A DNA stretch of 64,000 bases from Acidobacteriota bacterium (GTDB lineage Bacteria > Acidobacteriota > UBA6911 > RPQK01 > JADFOI01), in the NCBI GenBank assembly GCA_963663035.1, contig OY760074.1:1792001-1856000 (forward strand). The letters are read 5' to 3'. This document shows positions 50,749 to 59,746 of the stretch, piece after piece. Position numbers and translations under genes: made by a program. How positions within the stretch are numbered: position 1 is the first letter of the stretch; every line of letters starts with the position of its first letter. The notes under the pieces were generated by a model. The model saw only the letters and a program-made list of their open reading frames with translations, was not told the DNA's origin and made no database searches.

Positions 50749-52620
50749 ATGAAGAAGCACCACCTTTGGATCCTCGCTATAGCGATAGCCGCCAGCATCA
50801 GTCTGGGCTCTGCGCAGCAAGCTGCGGACACGATTTTGCACAATGGGAAGGTTCTGACCGTTGACGCCAATTTCAGCGTTGCGGAAGCGGTGGCGGTCGG
50901 CGACAGCCGGATTCTGGCGGTGGGAACCAACGATGATGTTCTGAAACTGGCCGGGCCCAACACGCTCAAGATTGACTTGAAGGGAAGGACGGTGACCCCG
51001 GGGCTGATCCATACACACGTGCATGTGGAAACACCCAACGACCCTCCCTGGAGTTACGGCGATGACCTGCCCGCCTCGATACGCAAGAAATATCCTTTGA
51101 ACTTTAGACTGGTGAAAACCAAGGACGACGTCCTCAAGCAGATCCAGGACATTATCGAGGCTTTCCAGTTCAAGCCGGGCGAGTGGATCTACTTCCTCAG
51201 CAATCCGAGTGCAGATCAGGCTGGGGTGCTCCTTGAGGAGCTCGACCGGTGGGAACTGGACAAGGTCGCTCCAGACAATCCCATCATTGTCACCACCGGG
51301 GTACCCGTCCTGAACATGCTGCTGATCAACAGCAAGGCCATTGAAGAGCTGTGGAGCAAGCACGGAGACTTTATTGAAACCTACGGGCGTTACTGGATCG
51401 ACGCGTCGGGCAGGCCGGAAGGTCATGTGGAGCCTCCGGCCGTCCGTATCCTTCTCCAGGAGTTTGTGCCTCAGCCTGCGGTAGACGTCGTTGCCCCGAT
51501 CTTCAGGAAAATTCTCCAGGAACGGTCAGCATTGGGTGTCACCACCATCTCAGGGGGTCTCCATGCTGCCGCCCTGGAGGCCTATCAATGGCTCAACTCC
51601 CGAGGCGAAATGCCGATGAGATATGGCTACGGTGTCAGTTGGACGTTTGGGCAGCCAGGAGCGGACATGAAGCAGTTTGAAATGGGGGCTGGCACGGACA
51701 TGCTGTGGGTTGTTGCGATGAGTGCCCGGGCGGCGGACGGGTTGGGCTCCAGAATGTGCATTTCGCTGGAGAGAGACTCCCAGGCAGCGGCCGCTGTTAC
51801 GGGAGAGGCTGCCAGGCTGGTCGGGCTGTCGGCCGTTTCCGAGTGGTGGCCACGAGGCCAATGCCACCTGGACATCGAGTACGGAGGAGCAACCAAGGGA
51901 GCCGGCATCAAGGCCAACTACTTCGCGGAGTGGTACAGCCAGCTGGCCCGGGACGGTCTGCGCTCCGCTAATACCGGCATGTCTGGGGATGAGACCCACA
52001 CCCGCTTTCTCTCGGCACTGGAGAACATCGACCGGGCCATGCCGGGATCGGTCAAAGGCTGGGCCATGGACCACTGCGACTTGATCGATCCGGTGGACAT
52101 TCCGCGGGCAGCCAAGCTCGGACTGATGTGGAGCTGTAGACCCCGAAACATCCTGCGCAACAGTCTGGAGGTGGCTGCGGCCTTTGGCGAGCAGGCTGCC
52201 CATACCTATCCGCTGCCGATCAAGTCGATGGTCGAGGCAGGTATAAACGTCTCCCTGGAGGGGGAGTGGCTGGCCCTGGAAACCCTGATCACGCGAAAGG
52301 ACGACAAAGGCAATGTGTGGGGACCCGATCAACGGATGGACCGGGTAACCGTTCTGAGGATCGCCACCCAGAACGGGGCCAATTACGTCCTCAAAGGGGA
52401 CCAGCTCGGCTCCCTCGAGCCGGGAAAGTTTGCCGACCTGGTGATCCTTGATCGAGACTACATGACCGTGCCGGAAGACGATATTTCAGAAATCCAATCC
52501 CTGATGACCATGTTGGGGGGCAAGCTCATCTTCCTGCGTCCCGATTTGGCCGACGAACTCAACATGAGGCCCGCCGGCGCGTTGATCAGCACCTACGAGG
52601 AATTGCTGGCGCGCCGCTAG
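50749..52620 (+). CDS. Secreted YtcJ-like amidohydrolase, dispersed copy 7 of the array family
   Basis: MKKHHLW start; colinear with the array copies; His-to-Gly at the H-x-SGD site. Confidence 0.9.
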   Translation: MKKHHLWILAIAIAASISLGSAQQAADTILHNGKVLTVDANFSVAEAVAVGDSRILAVGTNDDVLKLAGPNTLKIDLKGRTVTPGLIHTHVHVETPNDPPWSYGDDLPASIRKKYPLNFRLVKTKDDVLKQIQDIIEAFQFKPGEWIYFLSNPSADQAGVLLEELDRWELDKVAPDNPIIVTTGVPVLNMLLINSKAIEELWSKHGDFIETYGRYWIDASGRPEGHVEPPAVRILLQEFVPQPAVDVVAPIFRKILQERSALGVTTISGGLHAAALEAYQWLNSRGEMPMRYGYGVSWTFGQPGADMKQFEMGAGTDMLWVVAMSARAADGLGSRMCISLERDSQAAAAVTGEAARLVGLSAVSEWWPRGQCHLDIEYGGATKGAGIKANYFAEWYSQLARDGLRSANTGMSGDETHTRFLSALENIDRAMPGSVKGWAMDHCDLIDPVDIPRAAKLGLMWSCRPRNILRNSLEVAAAFGEQAAHTYPLPIKSMVEAGINVSLEGEWLALETLITRKDDKGNVWGPDQRMDRVTVLRIATQNGANYVLKGDQLGSLEPGKFADLVILDRDYMTVPEDDISEIQSLMTMLGGKLIFLRPDLADELNMRPAGALISTYEELLARR

Positions 52621-52652
52621 AGGTACCCAGGCACCAACGGAGGTTCATAGTT

Positions 52653-54560
52653 ATGAGAAAAACGCGTTTGGCCGTTCTGGCGGCTTTTGTGGTGGTCCAC
52701 TTTCTTTGTGCAGGCACGGCATGGGCCCAGCAGAGCAGTGACCAAATCTATTACAACGGGAAGATCGTCACAGTAGATGACGCCGCTTTCACTTCCCAGC
52801 TAGGCACCATTGCCGAGGCCATGCATGTCAGAGATGGCAAGATTGTCCAGGTAGGGGCAAACGGGCAGATTCGAGCCCTGGCAGGAGCGGATACCCGGTT
52901 AATCGACCTCAACGGGAGAACGGTCCTTCCTGGCTTCATCTTGACGCACGAGCACCCCTGGGACTGGAACCCGGTGGAGCCGCCCGTACTGAAGAGTATT
53001 CTCAATGACGGCAATGTCGTTGCACGGTATTTAGAGGACAGTCCGGAAGAGAATCTGAAGGCCTTCCCGGGTGTGCTGGCGGAAGCGGTTCAAAAGGCCA
53101 GGCCAGGGCAATGGATCTATATTGTTTTCACTTACGGAAAACACTATGAGTATGCTCCCTGGGGCACGGGACGCTTCGGTCGAAAGGGCCTGGACCCGAA
53201 GTCATTTGATTCTATCGGTGAAGGGCTCATCACCAAGAGCGACCTGGACGCCGCGGCACCCGACAATCCTGTCGTACTGAGAGACGTGTTTGTTTCCATG
53301 CTCCTGAATCAAAGAGCGGTTGAGGAGTCCCGTAAAGTGTATCCGCAAGAGAACATCAACCGTGTCCAGGATGACACGGGACTGGGGGCCAGTTTCCGGT
53401 GGATGTTCCAGGACGTGGTCATGAAGGATCACTATCCGGAACTCGTGGAGTTGATGCGACGTGGACTCGAGTGGTGGGCAGGCTATGGAATGACGACCTT
53501 TGCCTCCAATACGTATGACCCTCTCAACGTCAAGGTCTATAGCGAGCTGGACCAGCAGGGACGAATGCCGGTCCGGCAGATGTGGACCTGGAATTGGCGC
53601 GAGGAAGATTTCCTGAGCGATCCCTACTTTCTCAGTGCCTTCGTGAGTTTCACAGGGGCTGGTTCGGACTACTTCTGGTTTGGTGGGGGAGGAGTGACTC
53701 AGGGGGGCCGGTGCACCTCAGCTCGAACTCTGGAATCCTCCAGGCTCGCCAACACCGAAGACTTGCAGGTATGGAAGCAGGCCCGTGAAATGAATTGCAC
53801 CTTTCTTCCAGACTCGGATAACGCTCGCTTGCTCTACGACTACATCAAGGCAGGAGGACGATTTGCCAACTACCATATGATCGGCGACCGGGATATTGAT
53901 AATGTTCTGAATGTCATCCTTACAGCCAGTCGGGATGCCGGAATGACCGAGCAGGACATTCGTGACAAGCGGCATACGTTCGATCACAGCATCATGTTTC
54001 CTCGTCCCGATCAGGTGGGACTGTTCAAGAGGCTGGGAATCGTTTCCAGCGGCACCCCATTTGAAATTCATCTCGGTTCTCCTGCGGTCCTCGATCTTTA
54101 CGGCGAAGGAGTGCTCACCTGGCTGGTTCCGAAGAAGCGGTTGGTCGAGGCGGGAGTTTACAACACCCTGGAACTGGACCATGCCATTGGAAGCTCTGAC
54201 TTGACGATCTTCTCTGGTCTTTACTGGATGATTACCAGGAAGGCATGGGATGGAAAAATTTACGCCGTCGACCAGGCGGTGGATAGGGAGACGGCGTTGA
54301 AGATCGCGACGACCTGGGGCGCTTATTATGTGTTGCGCGAAGACGTCCTGGGCTCCCTGGAACCGGGCAAGTGGGCAGACTTCATCGTACTGGACAAGGA
54401 TTACCTCACTGTTCCAGTAGACGAAATTGCCGACCTGCGAGTCCTCATGACCGTGAGTGGAGGCAAGGTGGTTCACCTGGTCCCCTCCCTGGCGGGGGAG
54501 ATCGGGATGCAGCCAACAGGCGCACAGGTAACGGTAGGCGGGGCTGCAGCAAATTGGTGA
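52653..54560 (+). CDS. Secreted YtcJ-like amidohydrolase (divergent member)
   Basis: AWA|QQ signal, NGKIVTVD, PGFILTHEH, HMIGD, FDH, GSLEPGKWADFIVL. Confidence 0.88.
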   Translation: MRKTRLAVLAAFVVVHFLCAGTAWAQQSSDQIYYNGKIVTVDDAAFTSQLGTIAEAMHVRDGKIVQVGANGQIRALAGADTRLIDLNGRTVLPGFILTHEHPWDWNPVEPPVLKSILNDGNVVARYLEDSPEENLKAFPGVLAEAVQKARPGQWIYIVFTYGKHYEYAPWGTGRFGRKGLDPKSFDSIGEGLITKSDLDAAAPDNPVVLRDVFVSMLLNQRAVEESRKVYPQENINRVQDDTGLGASFRWMFQDVVMKDHYPELVELMRRGLEWWAGYGMTTFASNTYDPLNVKVYSELDQQGRMPVRQMWTWNWREEDFLSDPYFLSAFVSFTGAGSDYFWFGGGGVTQGGRCTSARTLESSRLANTEDLQVWKQAREMNCTFLPDSDNARLLYDYIKAGGRFANYHMIGDRDIDNVLNVILTASRDAGMTEQDIRDKRHTFDHSIMFPRPDQVGLFKRLGIVSSGTPFEIHLGSPAVLDLYGEGVLTWLVPKKRLVEAGVYNTLELDHAIGSSDLTIFSGLYWMITRKAWDGKIYAVDQAVDRETALKIATTWGAYYVLREDVLGSLEPGKWADFIVLDKDYLTVPVDEIADLRVLMTVSGGKVVHLVPSLAGEIGMQPTGAQVTVGGAAANW

Positions 54561-54591
54561 GTTTGCCCCCAAACACAAGGGAGGATCTATC

Positions 54592-56241
54592 ATGAACCGG
54601 ATAGCATACTGGATGTCGCTATTGTCTACGAGCTCTGTATTGGCTTTGTTCTTAGGCTGCGGCGAATCAGCAACCTTGTCGGAAGCACAAGCCGCTTGTG
54701 AAGCCCTGACGGGGACGCGAAATCTCACCATTACTTTGGCTCAACTGGTGGAGGCCACCGATACGACTCCGCAGTACTGCTATGTCAAAGGAGTCATCTC
54801 ACCCGCCATCGGCTTTCATGTGCAACTTCCCCTCCCTGAGAATTGGAATGGCCGCTTTCTCAATTGGGGGGATGGCGGCAAGGACGGGGATCTGGATTTC
54901 GCTGACTCTCGCCTGGCCCAGGGCTACTCCGTGGCCAACAGCAACCTGGGTCACGACAGTGGGGCGGAACCTGCAGCATCCTTCGGCTTCAACAACCGCC
55001 AGGCGGAAATCGATTTTGGCTACCGGGCGGTGCATCTGACCGTCAACGCGGCCAAGACGGTCATCAACGCCTATTACGATCAGGACCCGCAGTACTCCTA
55101 CCACGAGGGCTGCTCGACCGGTGGTCGTCAGGGATTGATGGAAGCCCAGCGCTTCCCCTATGATTTTGACGGAATCGTTGTGGGTGATCCCGTGAATTTC
55201 TATCAGGCGCTGAACATCAGCCATCTCTGGAAGTTGCAGCGGATGTATCTCAATGACTTTGCGGGCATGTTGGCCTATGACACCGACGGGGACGGCTCCT
55301 TCGACAGCTTAAAAAAACTGGAAACTCTGGCGGAAGCGGTACTGGATAAATGTGACGCTATTGACGGAATCAGCGACGGTGTGATCGACAATCCCCTCCT
55401 CTGTGAATTCGACCCCGACCTGGAATTGGCCGATCTGATGTGCTCCGGTGACGTGAACGCCGATGGCTGTTTCACTACTGCACAGCTGCAAACGATTAAG
55501 GATTTCTATGCCGGGGCTTACGACAGCAATGGGGTCACCGTTCTCAAGGGAAAGGCTTTTGGTACCGAGATGCAATGGGCCGGTCGCTATATCCCCTATG
55601 AAGGGAACTCATTTAACCCATCGATTTTGCGGAATTCGACCAATCACATCAACTATCTCTTTTACGAAACCGATCCCGGTGTCCCCGTGCCGGATCCATC
55701 TGATCTCTCTCATATCCCGGATTCGACAAGCGTGCCGCCTGAAATTGCCTGGTGGGACTTCAATATCGACGATATCACGGCCGGTCTAGGGGACCTCATG
55801 AGCTCCATTACAGACGCCACTGACCCAAACTTAAAGCGATTTTCTCTTGATCACGGCGGCAAACTGATTCTCTACAACGGTTGGGCCGATCCATCGCCTC
55901 CAGGCGAGGTTCTTCTGGATTACTACAACGACGTAGCCGCCACCACTTTCGCTGGTGATATCACCACCACCAGAGAGAATGTACGGTTGTTCCTGGCCCC
56001 GGGGATGGGCACCTGCGGAGGTGGGCCCGGTCCCAATGAGTGGGACAAGCTGGGTCCGCTGGTGGAGTGGGTGGAGAATGGCAATGAGCCTGACTTCGTG
56101 GTAGCGACCCACAGCACGGAGGGTGTGGTGGACAACCAAAGGCGGATTTGTGCTTACCCGGAGGTGGCCGTCTACACCGGTCCTGCTGGCGGGGAAAACG
56201 ATCCTGCCAACTGGGTGGAAAGCAACTTTACCTGTCAGTAA
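54592..56241 (+). CDS. Tannase/feruloyl esterase family lipoprotein
   Basis: LFLGC lipobox, LPENWNGRF, GCSTGGRQG, CDAIDGISDG, GWAD, PGMGTC, ICAYP. Confidence 0.88.
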   Translation: MNRIAYWMSLLSTSSVLALFLGCGESATLSEAQAACEALTGTRNLTITLAQLVEATDTTPQYCYVKGVISPAIGFHVQLPLPENWNGRFLNWGDGGKDGDLDFADSRLAQGYSVANSNLGHDSGAEPAASFGFNNRQAEIDFGYRAVHLTVNAAKTVINAYYDQDPQYSYHEGCSTGGRQGLMEAQRFPYDFDGIVVGDPVNFYQALNISHLWKLQRMYLNDFAGMLAYDTDGDGSFDSLKKLETLAEAVLDKCDAIDGISDGVIDNPLLCEFDPDLELADLMCSGDVNADGCFTTAQLQTIKDFYAGAYDSNGVTVLKGKAFGTEMQWAGRYIPYEGNSFNPSILRNSTNHINYLFYETDPGVPVPDPSDLSHIPDSTSVPPEIAWWDFNIDDITAGLGDLMSSITDATDPNLKRFSLDHGGKLILYNGWADPSPPGEVLLDYYNDVAATTFAGDITTTRENVRLFLAPGMGTCGGGPGPNEWDKLGPLVEWVENGNEPDFVVATHSTEGVVDNQRRICAYPEVAVYTGPAGGENDPANWVESNFTCQ

Positions 56242-56275
56242 ATGTGAGAAATATCGGTCTTTTGGGGAGGTTTCC

Positions 56276-57952
56276 ATGCGGATAAGACGAAAGCAACTCA
56301 TCTGTCTCTTCATCATTGCTGCGACACTTACTTTCTTGAGGCACAGCAGCCAACTGCTATGGGGACAAACTTCAGCCAGCCAGTCCATTTTCTCTTCTGG
56401 TAAAGAATTCATGGTTCCCCAGAAAGAGGTGAACGGGAAACTCATTGGCCAGGAAGATGCCCTGTTGCAGGAATCTGTCGTGACAGATCTCGGTCGCCGC
56501 TATCTGCGAGTGGACGTGGGAGTCACCGGGACTCTGGAGGGGTGGGTGGTCAAGGAAGGTCCCAGAGGCAACCACTTCACCTCTGAGCCGGGTTTTGCTT
56601 TCACTCAGACCGGAAATGAGTATCCACGCTTCCACGGGACATTGAGATACCAGGCCTCCCGGGGTACCGCTATGACCATCATCTATCCGGAGGGCGGGAC
56701 GGGGTGGAACGGAAAACTATTCATCATGGTTCACGGCTCGGGGGGATCCTTTCTGGGGGAGACACTGAAACCCTGGAATCAGAACTTCAAGCGGTCACAG
56801 CCTTGGGAAGATATCAGTAAATACGAGAGACTGATGCTGGATAAGGGCTATGCCATCGCCAAAACAAGACGCAATGCCGGCAGTCCGGGTGACTATGCAG
56901 TGACCTTGGATGATGGGGAAATCCTGCAGGGACGAAATCTCAACGTACACACCGGCTTGATTTTGGGCATGGTGCAATTGGCCGAGAATCTTCTGCAGGC
57001 CCGCTTGGGAGAGAAACCTTCGCGCACCTATTGGTACGGCCATTCCGGTGGTGGAATGAAGGGAAGGATGGTGAACTACCTCCCGGGAGTGAATCGCAAT
57101 GAGAATGGAGAGCCGATCATTGACGGGTTCCTGAACGATGATTCCGGCGGCGGAAGGTACCTTCCCATCTTGGAGAAAAATGGCCGGGATACCCTGCTGT
57201 TAACGGAAAAGGAGCGGCAGCAATTTGCCAAAACCATCGAAATCAGCCATCAACTCTACAATGGCCGACTGAACGTTCCGAGTGTTCCCCCCTGGATGTC
57301 TCAAGTGTATCTCATCAACAAAAGATTGAATGCCCAGGTACTCCAAGAGAAAGGCCTTGGAGAGAAGATACGAATGTATGAGGTGAGAGGGATCAGTCAC
57401 CAGGGTGGCGAATACCTGGAAGAGGGTAGGGACGGAGACATTGTCGTTCTGGACCTGTCGCGAATCATGGACTCCCTGATTGATCTTTTGGACAACTGGG
57501 TGGAAAAGGACAGCGTACCTCCTCCCACCAAATCCGACTGGTTGGAGCTGGGCGACACTGATGGCGACGGCAAGATCGAAAACGAAGCTATCGCCATGCC
57601 CGAGCTTGCCTGTCCTCTGGGGATGTTCTTTCAGTTTCCCCCCAGCATGGAAGAAGGAGGGAGCGGATGGACGGGTTTTGCCCCCTTCGATGGCCAGAGC
57701 CTCGAGCCCCAGGATGGGCGCGGAGTCTTTGTCGATATGAACCTGAACAGATATCAAGATCACCGGGAAAGTGTAGAGGAAGCCTGGCACAGACTCGGCC
57801 TCTTGAAGCCCGCTGAGAAGTTCACTCGTGCCAAATACCAAGCCTGCGTCGAGGCTTCGGTAGCGAAGTTACAGCAGGAGAGGTTCTTCACTGAACAGGT
57901 GGCCAGCCTGTATATCCAGCAGGCATCAGAGACAGATTTCCCAGGGCAGTGA
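56276..57952 (+). CDS. Secreted alpha/beta-hydrolase-domain protein of unknown function
   Basis: Signal peptide, WNGKLFIMVHG, TYWYGHSGG nucleophile elbow, RMYEVRGISH, C-terminal Y...V..L...RFF motif. Confidence 0.65.
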   Translation: MRIRRKQLICLFIIAATLTFLRHSSQLLWGQTSASQSIFSSGKEFMVPQKEVNGKLIGQEDALLQESVVTDLGRRYLRVDVGVTGTLEGWVVKEGPRGNHFTSEPGFAFTQTGNEYPRFHGTLRYQASRGTAMTIIYPEGGTGWNGKLFIMVHGSGGSFLGETLKPWNQNFKRSQPWEDISKYERLMLDKGYAIAKTRRNAGSPGDYAVTLDDGEILQGRNLNVHTGLILGMVQLAENLLQARLGEKPSRTYWYGHSGGGMKGRMVNYLPGVNRNENGEPIIDGFLNDDSGGGRYLPILEKNGRDTLLLTEKERQQFAKTIEISHQLYNGRLNVPSVPPWMSQVYLINKRLNAQVLQEKGLGEKIRMYEVRGISHQGGEYLEEGRDGDIVVLDLSRIMDSLIDLLDNWVEKDSVPPPTKSDWLELGDTDGDGKIENEAIAMPELACPLGMFFQFPPSMEEGGSGWTGFAPFDGQSLEPQDGRGVFVDMNLNRYQDHRESVEEAWHRLGLLKPAEKFTRAKYQACVEASVAKLQQERFFTEQVASLYIQQASETDFPGQ

Positions 57953-57956
57953 GCGG

Positions 57957-59408
57957 TTAATCCTCGGGATCGCTATTGCGAAAGGCATCGGGGATCTTTT
58001 CCAAGCGCTCTTTGGGAATAAAGTCGTGAAGTTTGATGCGCTTCATGTCCTCTTCCGGGAACATGGTGGGGATCAGGAAGGGCTCGGGGGGAGCGGGCCG
58101 GGTGGCGTCGATTCCCGCCTTGGAGCCCCAATGGTGTTCGATGGACGGGTCAACGATGCTGCACATCACGTCCTTGATAATGACCCAATCCTTATCCGGT
58201 TGCGCGCGCGTCCCCACAGCCCAAAACACCATTCGTTCATCGTAGATATCAACGTCATCGTCGACCACGATGACATGCTTGATTCCATAATTGGCGGTCA
58301 GGGCGGCGTGTATGGCCGTTTTGGCCTGGCCCTCGGCTGTTTTCTTGATCTGGATAAAACAAAAGCCTAGACCGTCAACGCCTCCCGCATGGGGCAGCAG
58401 GTAAACCCTAGTCACCTGGGGAACCACCTGCTTGACCATATCGTAGACCTTGAACTCCCGCGCCAGTCCCTGAAAGGCATGATTGCGCCCGATAGCGTAA
58501 TTGGACCACAGCGGATTCTTGCGCTGGGTGATGCAACTGATCTTCATGTAGGGGCACCAACGCTGAGCTCCAATGTGACGGGTGTACTCGCTGTAAGGAC
58601 CCTCCGCGGTGCGCTCCATGGCAAGAATCTCACCCTCGATCACGATCTCCGCATCAGCCGGCACCATGAAATCATCACCCAGGGTCTCAGAGGCGACCAA
58701 TCGCAGCGGTTCACCCAACAGTCCACCGCAGATCTCAAAATGGCTTTCCGGATAACCCATTTTGGTCTGCGAGGCCATGAGCACGTTCGGATGCAGTCCC
58801 TCCACCACAGCGCACTTCATGTTCTTATTGTGCTCCTGTTCGTGCTTATAAAAATTCATGGAGTTGTGGTTATCCGGAGAAAACAGGAAGGCGATCTTGT
58901 CCTTGCCCTGGATTTCACCTCGATGGATCCCCATGTTGTCGACATGGATTTCCGGATGATAGGTGATCATGGGGGCCAGGGAAACGTAGGGATGGGGCAG
59001 CATAAGATACGGTTGATAGGCAGGGTAACGCTGCATATCCACATCATCGCCCTTCAGGATTTCCTCTTTCACCGGTGCCTCGCTTCGATCGACAACGACG
59101 GGCTTTTGCTTGTTTTCGAGGGACAGACGACGCCAGTCGTGGGAGACGGCTTCCCAGGTGGAATTCAAGGCATAGGCCAACTTACTTCGTGAGCCGATCT
59201 CATTCATGATCACTTCGTATTCGGAGGTCTCACCATTGCACAAAATGGGGTTTTTGATGCGCAGCAAGGGAAACTTGCGCTCACGATCCAGGAGATCGAC
59301 CAGAATTCCGATCTCATGCTTGAGACTGATGGGCCTTTCAATCGTGATCACATCTTCGGGATGGTCCCGTTCGTACTCTTTCAAAAAATGACGCAAATCT
59401 TTCGCCAC
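57957..59408 (-). CDS. UbiD family (prFMN-dependent) decarboxylase
   Basis: DLRHFL start, NMGIHR, VPADAEIVIEG, EGPYSE, VVDDDVD, WAVGTR, SKAGIDAT; AAGGAG RBS with GTG start. Confidence 0.93.
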   Translation of the reverse strand: MAKDLRHFLKEYERDHPEDVITIERPISLKHEIGILVDLLDRERKFPLLRIKNPILCNGETSEYEVIMNEIGSRSKLAYALNSTWEAVSHDWRRLSLENKQKPVVVDRSEAPVKEEILKGDDVDMQRYPAYQPYLMLPHPYVSLAPMITYHPEIHVDNMGIHRGEIQGKDKIAFLFSPDNHNSMNFYKHEQEHNKNMKCAVVEGLHPNVLMASQTKMGYPESHFEICGGLLGEPLRLVASETLGDDFMVPADAEIVIEGEILAMERTAEGPYSEYTRHIGAQRWCPYMKISCITQRKNPLWSNYAIGRNHAFQGLAREFKVYDMVKQVVPQVTRVYLLPHAGGVDGLGFCFIQIKKTAEGQAKTAIHAALTANYGIKHVIVVDDDVDIYDERMVFWAVGTRAQPDKDWVIIKDVMCSIVDPSIEHHWGSKAGIDATRPAPPEPFLIPTMFPEEDMKRIKLHDFIPKERLEKIPDAFRNSDPED

Positions 59409-59451
59409 AGTTTCTCCTTATAGATGGTGCGTGGGCGCTAGGCAGTGCGCC

Positions 59452-59616
59452 TCACACTTCGACCCGTTCCGCTTCCTTGGCCGTGAATTCAGCCAGGCAC
59501 CAACAACAGCGGCAAAACGGCTTCGTGCCTGTAGACGGATGAGTTTCCTTGAGCATGAGAAGCTCAACATAAAACCGCTTGTGACATTTTGGACAGGTAA
59601 TCCAGGCAACTTTCAT
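59452..59616 (-). CDS. 54-aa zinc-ribbon protein (not in the ORF track)
   Basis: MKVAWITCPKCHKRFYVELLMLKETHPSTGTKPFCRCCWCLAEFTAKEAERVEV; AAGGGAG RBS; directly upstream of ubiD on the same strand. Confidence 0.8.
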   Translation of the reverse strand: MKVAWITCPKCHKRFYVELLMLKETHPSTGTKPFCRCCWCLAEFTAKEAERVEV

Positions 59617-59645
59617 GACAAAATGCTCCCTTTAGGGCTTCTCTA

Positions 59646-59690
59646 GCTAATAAGGACCTATATGCTAATAGGACCACTCCCGAGAGTCAA
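59646..59690 (-). promoter_or_regulatory. sigma70 promoter with a direct-repeat operator candidate
   Basis: TTGACT-17 nt-TAGCAT; GGTCC(T)TATTAGC occurs twice across and below the -10. Confidence 0.6.
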
Positions 59691-59746
59691 GGACAGGAAT
59701 TGTAGGCGTATCTCTTGTGACCTGCCCCCACGAACGAGTCCACCCT

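Noticed and set aside
55270-57590. Dockerin domains (GDVNADG, DTDGDG) pairing with the cohesin-like protein in a cellulosome-like complex
   Set aside because: These are single loops embedded in catalytic domains, not the duplicated loop-helix module of about 22 aa. The array enzymes have none.
59418-59646. Track ORFs 59418-59609 (-) and 59431-59646 (+)
   Set aside because: No RBS or motifs. The overlapping 54-aa Cys-motif frame with RBS and promoter is the better gene.
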